From: Eledone cirrhosa
Taxonomy: Eukaryota
Length of the DNA stretch: 64,000 bases
Reading direction: 5' to 3'
Assembly: GCA_964016885.1 (NCBI GenBank)
Contig: OZ024750.1
Span: 47,430,001 to 47,494,000 of the forward strand
Position numbers and translations under genes: made by a program. The notes under the pieces are model-generated. The model saw nothing but the letters and a program-made list of their open reading frames with translations. It did not search any database and was not told the origin of the DNA. Below are positions 53,668 through 64,000 of this stretch, in pieces (within the stretch, counting starts at the first letter, position 1; every line of letters starts with the position of its first letter).

Positions 53668-54303
53668 TGTTATTTTTTGTTACATCCTCGGTTTTTTTTT
53701 TTTTTCACACGCCGAAATGCCCATTTGTAACGTTCTGTATTGTCCTGTACTGTCCATAATGTCTACTTTATGTAAACCCTTGTGGTTAATAAAGAAAGTA
53801 TTATTACTATTATTACTATTATTACTATTATTATTATTGTTATTATTGTTATTATTATTGATTAACCTTTTCAAATTTCATTTGAAAAGGAAAATCAGGG
53901 TAGAAAGGGAAGTGCTCTCTTCCGAGCATTTTGTTGAAAGATTGGTGAGAGAGGCAAGAATGGCCCGAGTGAATGGGCCTACTCTGAGTATGTGTCTGTA
54001 AATTAAAGGTGGAAAACTGGGAGAGGGCACTTGCCCTGGTGGTCAGGTTCACTGTGGCCTTTTAATGGGCTTTCCCCACAAATGTCCCTCGGAAGGCTCC
54101 GCCTATTGGGGAATTTTACATTGTTATTTTTTGTTACATCCTGTTTTGTTTTTTTACACGCAGAAATGCCCATTTGTACCGTCCTGTATTGTCATGTACT
54201 GTCCTTAATGTCTACTTTGTGTAAACCCTTGTGGTTAATAAAGAAAGCATTATTATTACTATTATTAATATTATTATTATTACTATTATTACTATTATTA
54301 TTA
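53668..54303 (+). mobile_element. two tandem LINE 3' ends (L1/Tx1-like) with AATAAA and (TAT)n tails
   Basis: 53668-53800 is repeated at 54121-54250. The intervening frame reads INLFKFHLKRKIRVEREVLSSEHFVERL..MCL*. The clade assignment is tentative. Confidence 0.7.
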
Positions 54304-55572
54304 AGAATAGTAATAACATATTGTAATACGAAAATATAAAACCAATTTGAAATTTGTTATCGAACGTTTCAAATAGACATGTTGCTGGGACACATAATTA
54401 TACTCAATAAAACAGGAATAACTGCAAATATGCAGTAAATCCATTGGTTGTACCGGATAGAGACATACTATATATCTACGAAATAAAACACAAACTCCTA
54501 CCTCCCACAACTCTGTGTTAACACTTTGGTCCACTATACTTCACCGTTGCAATCAGGTCGATTCGAAACTGGGTAAAGGCACCTGCCCAAGATGGTAAAT
54601 GGGCTCAACATCAGTATCTCATGGTTGTGAAGCGGGATTCTTAACCACTCTGCCACTTCAGCACACTATGACAGATACGAAATTTGTATTTCCTACTAAC
54701 GATATTTGTATACGTGTTACGTTACATAATTATCAATATCTACTAGACCGAAGAGATATGTAATTTGGTAATTAATTTACCGTATCAGACTTCAACAGAG
54801 CGAAACATATATAATTTATTTCTACGTTATCTGGAGATCCCTAACTCGTTTGCTCATCCTCCAAGAAATAACGTCTTTCTCTCCATCCCACCACAATTTA
54901 GTGTCCTTAAAACTTTCGTAATCTAGTTTCGAATGATATACACTGTCTACGTTTTCAAATCCCTTCTGAAAATTATGAAACAAATTTTGTGTCATTTAAC
55001 TTCATAGTGATATTTCTAATTGTAAAGATTCTTATAAAAACATATAACAGAATATTTAAATTGGAATATAAAGAACTAAAGCTGTTCTAATATAGTATTA
55101 GGGGTGATTATAGAGGGGTTGTTATTAAAAGTAAATACGCTTTTGGTCTCTACTCCAAAAATACACGGTTTCCGAAATAGAGATGAGACGCCAGAGGTGA
55201 ACATATTTCGATCTTAGTATTGCTCGTTCATACTTTGGACTGAACATATAACAAATAATAACACTACATGGATTGATATTACTATATCAATAAATAGGGA
55301 CGAGTGCGGCCGCGGTGTCTCCAAATCATTTTATGATTAATTAGAACGTGAAATAGAAAAGTAATCTATAATTTATCGCACATTTATCAGTCTAGGATGC
55401 TATGAAATAAGGTACTATCAGACCAACTTGTTAGCTTTTCACGAGGAACAGTCTAGACCAGATTCTTCACTACGTTAAAATATGGTTGTGGATTGAATAT
55501 GCAATACGGAAATGAAAGACAAACAGCTTATGAATTAATATATATTATATATATATATATACATATATATAT

Positions 55573-55732
55573 ATAACGAAGGAAGTGTGGTAAAAAAACA
55601 GATGGACCATAACGCATCAGAGTACTCAATACTTAGGGTAGTAGAGTGGGTAATAGGAGAATGTATGACAGCAGAGCTGAAGCCGTTTCGACGGCTATTA
55701 CTGGACTGAGTCAATAATACTTTCTCCTATAC
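55573..55732 (-). mobile_element. family A terminal fragment
   Basis: ataacgaagg..gccgtttcgacggcta..ctggact. Confidence 0.85.
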
Positions 55733-55780
55733 ATATACATGTATCTATAGACATATATATATATATATATATATATACAT

Positions 55781-55912
<132 letters not shown>

Positions 55913-56839
55913 GTGCGGGTGTGCATATGTGTGTCACTAAGAACAATGAATAAATTAATCAAGAAAATGTAATATCTCAGGCACGCAAACATGTTTTTAA
56001 TTTGTTGGCGTTTGGAACCATATCTTATGAGATGTTCCACCTGAAATAAGGAAGCAACCAAAAAAGAGCTGGCATTAAATGTACAAGAGACATTATTAGA
56101 TAAATAAATAAAAAATACTACAGTAGAAAGACAATTCTTGTACAAAGGGAAAGTCACAATGATGGGGTAACTATGTGTGTGTGTGCATTTTGAATGTCTA
56201 TGTATGTATTTAGAGGATCTGGTTTTGAGTGTTTGGAGTTGTGGGTTTATGGATATCATTGTATTTTCATATATGTGTGCTTCTTCGGTGTACTTGCGTG
56301 AATATAAAATATTTAAATATGTTGTTATCACACAAAGGAACGCATATATATTATACAGATGATGCACACACATACATAAAATATATCATATAATAACTGT
56401 ATGTATCAAGTAACAAACATTTCGAAATATATAGCCACATTACAAGTAACCACTTATGATAATAAATAAAAATCACTGTTCGTGTCAACATTTAACCTCA
56501 AAGATCAGTAAACACGCTATTTCATTTTGCTTGGGTATCCTGATGTAGGCACCGATCAATGGAGATCGATATATACAAAAGTTTCTTTCATGAACTTCAA
56601 CAAGCTCAGATACTCCTATTATGCAACGCATCCTCATCGCTTATTCGGTAATGTTAACAAGAATGTATAGAATGTGATAAAAATTAATCATATGATATTG
56701 CTTATATAATATAAACGTTGATGGATGGCAACATTATGTATGTAAACAAACATCCGTATACACCCATGTACATTTACATGCATGTATAGGCACACACACA
56801 CACATGTATGTATAGATATACTGACGCATGCACACACAT

Positions 56840-56876
<37 letters not shown>

Positions 56877-57049
56877 ATGTAGGAGTTGAGTTTTATTGTA
56901 GTACAATAAAGCAATGCAGATATCGGATAAGAAGCACTCTACAGTTTGTAGGACTGGAGTATACATAATATATATATTATATACATAATATATATATTAT
57001 ATTATATATATATATATATACATATATATATACCCTTCGAATAATAATA

Positions 57050-57168
57050 ATTGTTTCTACTTTTGGCACAAAGCCACCAATTAACCGAGTGTATTACTGG
57101 TACTTTATTTCATCGTCCCCCGTAACGATGAAAGACAAAGTTAACCTCGGCGGTATTTGAACTCAGAT
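57050..57168 (-). mobile_element. Nin-like SINE fragment
   Basis: Partial copy of the same SINE family. Confidence 0.8.
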
Positions 57169-59424
57169 CAAAATAAGAATATTTTACTCGTTGGAAAGAA
57201 AACGACCTTACTATGCCATGCTGCGTTTTGATGACTATCATCATCCGTTTGTTCAGCAGTAGCATCGTGGAATAATCAACAAGTTTCTCGATCATTTCCT
57301 TCCATAACGACTGTATACCTCTCTGTTACACGATGGAATTATTGAAAATATAGTATTTTCTAAAGTATACATCGGCTGATTAGTCATATTTGCATACCCA
57401 GCTGCCCTTTCCGAAAATTAAAAACAGATTTAGAATTTGTTTTTTTCGCTGTTGCATAGCAGGTATCATAAATGTAAGTATGTGTTATATCAAATAATAA
57501 TAATAATCGATTCGTTTGCAAACACACTAGATATGCTACGTTGTGTATATATTTCACTAAGCAAATATGCTTCGAGATATATGCGTTCCATTGTCTATGT
57601 CAAAATAGCATTGCCAAATCCTCAGTTCCTGCAATCTTACTGTTACACAAAACGTCAGTTGTATTGAGTGCCCGCCAAACAGTGCATTTAACTGCATACA
57701 TACATGATGATGGCTGCCGCCTCGTTATCGAGTATGGCCTTTGCACGATATACCATTATTAATAATTATTAATTAATTCTAATCTGCAATACCTGTGCGT
57801 GAAGATAATTTTTAAAGTGAGGAAATGCTGTGCACTGAGCCAATCCCACTCTCTGAGCGACAATAGCTATAACCCGAAAAGAAGAAAAGATCAACATCAT
57901 CGGTACCTACTGAGCCGCAGGTTTTATGTCGGAGTTAACTCGGTTTCCTGTTCAGTTTTTCTTCTCTTAATATGATGGAAAATATATAGACGAGAATCAA
58001 TATACACTGATTTATATAAATATTTGCTCGATATGGAAAGTAAAATAAACAAATAAAAAAGACAGTTTTCAAAACAAATTTCTCAACGTCATGTATATAA
58101 ATATATTTTAATCGGAAAATTGTTTCCGCAAACACAAAGAGATAACGTTATATAACTGAGCAGATATATTTACTAGTTTAAACTAATATCGCCCATTTAA
58201 GAACGATATCCCTGCTGCTTCAGGAATTTCAATGTTAAAGAACGTATTTCTTGCCAGCAGGAAGAATTACAGTAATAGTTATTATATATATTAAGTTAGG
58301 TATTTTGCGAAGCAGACACATATATCTTATGCAATTTTATATCACATAATTGACTTTCATTGCATTAGATGATACATTCTGCTGAAATATATTGTTTCTT
58401 GAGGCATTTGATGTGAAATTATGTCTAGTGTCACATCGTATAGGCATGTATGTTGCATAGCGAACTTGCGCAGTTTATTTCTAATATATATATTTTTTAC
58501 TTTCTATGGTTGAACGTGCTTTGACTTATATCTATGAATCTTTCACCTCTAATGTAGCCTGATATAGCTGATTTTCGTGTTTTATGAATTGCTTTCTGTT
58601 CGGCTTTTGGCACATGAAAAGAAGCGGAAAGTTAAGGATTAAATAAATACAGCATCAATATAGTTTCGAATCTAATTCACATTAAACGTCCAAAGACATT
58701 CAGTAGTAAATTCGGGGACAAAATGAAAGACAGTGGTGCATTAATGATTATATAAGGATGATGTAATATTCATGAGTTGTCTAACGCATTTAAGTATCAG
58801 TCGTGTGCATACAGTCATACATGCGTGCATACATACACATACACTGATATATTGCAGAACTTAATGCATTGGTATGTGTCAGAAAGCTTGAGAATGAGTG
58901 TAATATAGGAAATTAGTGTAATATAGATAACGAAAGTAGTCTATGTTGGAGCAACTACGTTATATGAGCTGTCACTTTGAAGAGATATGCTTTTTCAATG
59001 CAGGATCAGTAAATTATATTGAAAAGAGATAGAGATACAGTCAAAACAACTAACTGCGAGAACATATGTGGATTCTGTGTAATAAATGTCAAGGGTGTCA
59101 CTTACATCATAAGCAGTTGTTCGAAGCCCCTCATGCTAATATCTACCTATCAGGCATGATGCAGTAACCACAACACAATATAATGTATTCTGTAGACATT
59201 ATAGTCCTGAAGATACAGATAAAAAGTTACAACATTGTGAGGACCTACTCACGGAGGGTATAATATGTCGTGGTGCAGTTTTCCAGTCACAACTAACAAC
59301 AAATATATCAGATAACTAATTCGTATGAGAAAAAAGCAGACATGCTTAGTAGTCGAAATCAGAATGGCACAGGCATTGCTTTATATCTGGAGATCTATCT
59401 GCACTTGTCGTCACATGGTACCAT

Positions 59425-59590
59425 GGGCCCAGCACTATGTGTCAATAATTGTCGCAAGTGTAGTGTTTGTACCAGAGTTTTCAAGTCGCTGGCTGGACTA
59501 AAAAGTCACACTCGTTCAGCGCATCGGTAGGGGTTCTCCTACATGGATATAAAGTAGTGGCCGTACTCGAAAACGAGTTGGCAGCCACCA
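59425..59590 (+). mobile_element. LINE 3' end with terminal C2H2 zinc finger (RTE-like)
   Basis: CSVCTRVFKSLAGLKSHTRSAHR*, then a short UTR with the hairpin ctcg-aaaa-cgag, then a (TA)n tail. Confidence 0.65.
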
Positions 59591-60870
59591 TATATATATA
59601 TATATATATATAAAAAACATGAGAAGAAAGAAGAATACTGCGTGGTTTGCACATGGGTTACATATGATAAATATAGTCCTTCGTCAGTGATTTTTCCAAC
59701 CATCATTGGTATTTCATAGCATTAAAAATCAGATACCTCAGATTGGTGCGAGCAATAACTAAAAAAAGTTATTGGGACCAGAATTCGCGTAAGGCGAGGG
59801 GGACAAGTAAACAACATAGAAGGATAAAAGCAAACCGAAGATAGGAAATTAAACAAGCAACATGGTTGTCCGGTCAGCATAAGCTGGGTGGATTTCATGG
59901 GCGATTTCATTTAACACTCTATTAGCAGAATGCTAATAGAGTGTTAAATATTAATGAAAATTAGAACATTGAACGTATCTGAAGGGGAACTTGTGAATAT
60001 TCCACTCGAATATTGCTTTATATTTGATTTGTCATAGGCAAGCCCCCCGAGGCTCGGCATCGCACTGTTAAATTAAATGTTTCAAGGCATATTTTAGTTT
60101 GGGGGCGTTTGTTGTAGAGATACATAAGGAGGAGATGAAGCAGAGTATGTTATGCAATATGGCTGTAGTCACTGTATATGATAATAATATATTTATACAG
60201 GCTACACAAATACCAAAAGTACAATTTAGTGTCTTGTGCGGTCTAGTGTTACTTTGCCTAATAAGAAAAGCAGAACGGTGATTGGTAAACTGGGAGTAAT
60301 GAGTGCAAGTCGAGAGGTTAAAGTGTTGTAGGAGTGTTTTGTTTCCGGATTAAAGCAATCAACATGCTCATCGTTGAGAGAGATCTTTATGTGTACAGCC
60401 TCAGTAGGTTTTGCGCAAATCGAATACGCAATGATATATATATATTGTTGTAATAATATTACCACAAATAATAACACTCACTGTTTGTTGGTTTTCGCTT
60501 ATTTTATACCCCCACTGTTAATTCATTTGGTCCTCAACGTTTAGTATTGACTGACCAGCGGTAAAAAATACAGATATAATATAGATATAAACACATATAA
60601 ATATAGTCTAACAAAATTCTTTCGTTGCACATCTGCAACATCATCAGTGGTACTATTATGTCCTCCTGTTGTATTGTATGTTTACGCCATTTTTATTTTA
60701 TATGTGTATTTATTTTTGTCTTCTTCTCTGCGCATGCGTTTGCGTGTGTGTATAGAGTTTGGTGTGTGTTCGCGTATGGGTGACAGTGTTTTGGTTATTG
60801 TATTCTATCTGAGCTCAAGAGTGTGTATTTATATGAGTGTGTGTTATTGTTCTCTTGTGTATATATATGC

Positions 60871-61446
<576 letters not shown>

Positions 61447-61586
61447 CACACACACACACATACATATATATATACACACACAAGAGAACAGTAACAACAA
61501 ACTCATATAAATACACACTCTTGAGCTCAGATAGAATACAATAACCAAAACACAGTCTATATCTATATATATATACAAATATATAT

Positions 61587-61636
<50 letters not shown>

Positions 61637-61665
61637 CTAACCACATCATAGATCCTAATTACTAG

Positions 61666-61719
<54 letters not shown>

Positions 61720-62671
61720 CTAACCACATCATAGATCCTAAGCTTTATTCAAACATGGCGTAGGTTTAAGGGAGTTATAGCAACCCAGTTCTGTACAGAC
61801 ACATGGACCATGCTACAGAGTTAATAATCAGCATCAACATATAAACCTCCAGTTTAGAATCGGTTAATTGCGGTATAGGTAAAGTGTTCAATGTAATCTC
61901 TTGAGATCTTTAATTATCTCCAGCCCTTTTTGAATGGAGGGCAGATCTCACCTATTCTGCCCACCATTTGGAAAGGTTTATAATATCAGCATGCAATTAA
62001 GGTCGTGCCTATTTCCATTAAAATATCTATATAAAACGGGTGAGATGTATTGAAAGATCTCATAATATTTCGTCTCCCAAAAGCATAGGATGGAAAGGGC
62101 TGTCGGCGATACGATGTGAAAATGTCCATGGTCGGTTCTGAATATTAGCTCCCCTGTTCATGTCAGTTAGCCCAATGTGTATACATATACGTGAATTAAG
62201 CCAAACTCTAACATCTGTAGGTTATATATGTATCCTTTTTCTATAGATATTTGTAACGCGTACAGCAGGAGAAGCAAAAACCAAATCAATACAAGATTTC
62301 AAAGATTACGAAAACATTCAGAATGATAAATTTGAGAATATTTATATATTCAGTGTAGTTTAACTATATATAGATCATTTTGTTGTGAGAGGGAGGGTTT
62401 ATCATATCGATACTAGACTTTCGGAACATATATAGATATATAGAAAAAACACAGATATATGCAAAACAGTTTGTTAGATATTTATATGTACATACGTAAA
62501 TGTATATATCAATCATACGATTGTGTATGTAAATATATATATATGATTATATATGTATATATATATATATATATGATTATATATATATATATGATTATAT
62601 ATATATATATATATATATATATGATTATATATATATATATATATATATATAATTATATATATATATATATG

Positions 62672-62745
<74 letters not shown>

Positions 62746-62748
<3 letters not shown>

Positions 62749-62871
62749 CGAAGGAAATGTGGTAAGGAACCAGGTGGACCATAACGCACCAAAGTACTCA
62801 ATACTTGAGGTAGTAGAGTAGCCGTCGAAACGGCTTGAGCTCAGCTGTCGGGGTCTTACTGGTTCCTGGTT

Positions 62872-62875
<4 letters not shown>
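62746..62875. mobile_element. family A terminus with 5' inversion
   Basis: Minus-strand tip 62746-62818 is joined to the plus-strand piece tagccgtcgaaac..ggggtcttactggttcc. Nearly identical to the 32758 copy. Confidence 0.9.
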
Positions 62876-62913
<38 letters not shown>

Positions 62914-62962
62914 TATATATATATAAATATATATATATATATGATTATATATATATATATAT

Positions 62963-63010
62963 ATTCCTGATGATTTCTAAAGAATGAAACAGTTCTAGTC
63001 CTGTAGAATC
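62963..63010 (+). ncRNA. solo type I hammerhead (family B) between microsatellites
   Basis: AUUC CUGAUGA uUUCuaaaGAAu GAAA CAGuucuagucCUG UA GAAU. Identical to the 26800-26848 motif. Confidence 0.8.
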
Positions 63011-63012
63011 TC

Positions 63013-63050
<38 letters not shown>

Positions 63051-63051
63051 G

Positions 63052-63133
<82 letters not shown>

Positions 63134-63145
63134 TTTATATTTACA

Positions 63146-63194
<49 letters not shown>

Positions 63195-63691
63195 ATGTTT
63201 ATGTAAGTACCAACGCACACACACAATAATATATATATATAGAGAGAGATGCGGCATGTTTTGAATCATTATGTGTGAATGTGTGTGTATATATATTTAT
63301 ATATATACCATCGGGCATATATAGAAATATGCGACCTTAAATGCGCTACGGTGCCACCATAAATTTTGTTGAAAAACAGAAACTCAAATGGAAGGAAAAT
63401 CGATATATATGATATAGGTTATGTCCATTCATGACCAGAAGTTTTTAGTACTATCAATCTTGTATTAGGATATAGATCAGTTGATACTGTGTAACATTTG
63501 ACATCATGCATTGGGCGGATATGCGTACTGGCCATTGATCATTTGTGATAATGTTGGTGGTATATATTTAGTTACAGAGAGATTTGGGTGCATATACATA
63601 CACGATAGCCGCACGTTCAAACACACACTTATTTTCAGAGACACATACATACACACACATACACACACACACACACACTCACACACACACT

Positions 63692-63729
<38 letters not shown>

Positions 63730-64000
63730 TATGAATGAAGTAATTCCGTTGGAAAAGTCCAGGAAAAAAGAGTGCTCTATGTAGGTAACAGGGCTTAATA
63801 GTTATGTAATAAACAACATAAGGCAATTATCCATTTACCAGTGGTTTCTTAAAAGCAAAAAGTTTTGCTTTCAATCATCAGAATGAAAAAAATCCTAGTC
63901 TATTTATTGAATTGGATTCTTAAAAAAAAAAACGTTTTTTTTTTTTAAGAATCCAATTCAGGAAATAGACCAGGACTTTTTCATTCTGATGATTGAAAGC
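63730..64000. mobile_element. family E fold-back element (cut by the window edge)
   Basis: Hammerhead at 63832-63885 (-). Palindrome centre aaacgttt near 63933. The mirror hammerhead begins at 63982. Confidence 0.85.

Noticed and set aside
59342-59530. Host C2H2 zinc-finger gene
   Set aside because: A single finger followed by a stop, short UTR hairpin and TA tail fits a LINE terminus better.

Overview
This is AT-rich eukaryotic DNA saturated with (TA)n, (CA)n and (GA)n microsatellites. The SINE repertoire and texture suggest a coleoid cephalopod such as Octopus (inference). No complete host gene is visible. Most of the longer ORF-track entries (IY, ER, LS, HT, CV repeats) are microsatellite artefacts. 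The real content is mobile DNA: five remnants of Penelope-like elements (PLE; YRDD-type RT plus GIY-YIG, Nematis-like), RTE and L1/Tx1 LINE fragments (one 5'-inverted), about ten tRNA-derived SINEs, one non-autonomous Helitron and two minisatellites. The most notable signal is a set of short islands between (TA)n tracts, many of them fold-back palindromes. By manual folding, about 12 unrelated families carry type I hammerhead-ribozyme motifs (CUGANGA...GAAA...NUH, with palindromic stem III), often one on each strand. Two of these families are physically the 3' ends of PLEs in this window. Some islands are inter-family chimeras, and many break inside the hammerhead. All ribozyme calls are hand-folded predictions, not demonstrated activity, and boundaries are approximate.
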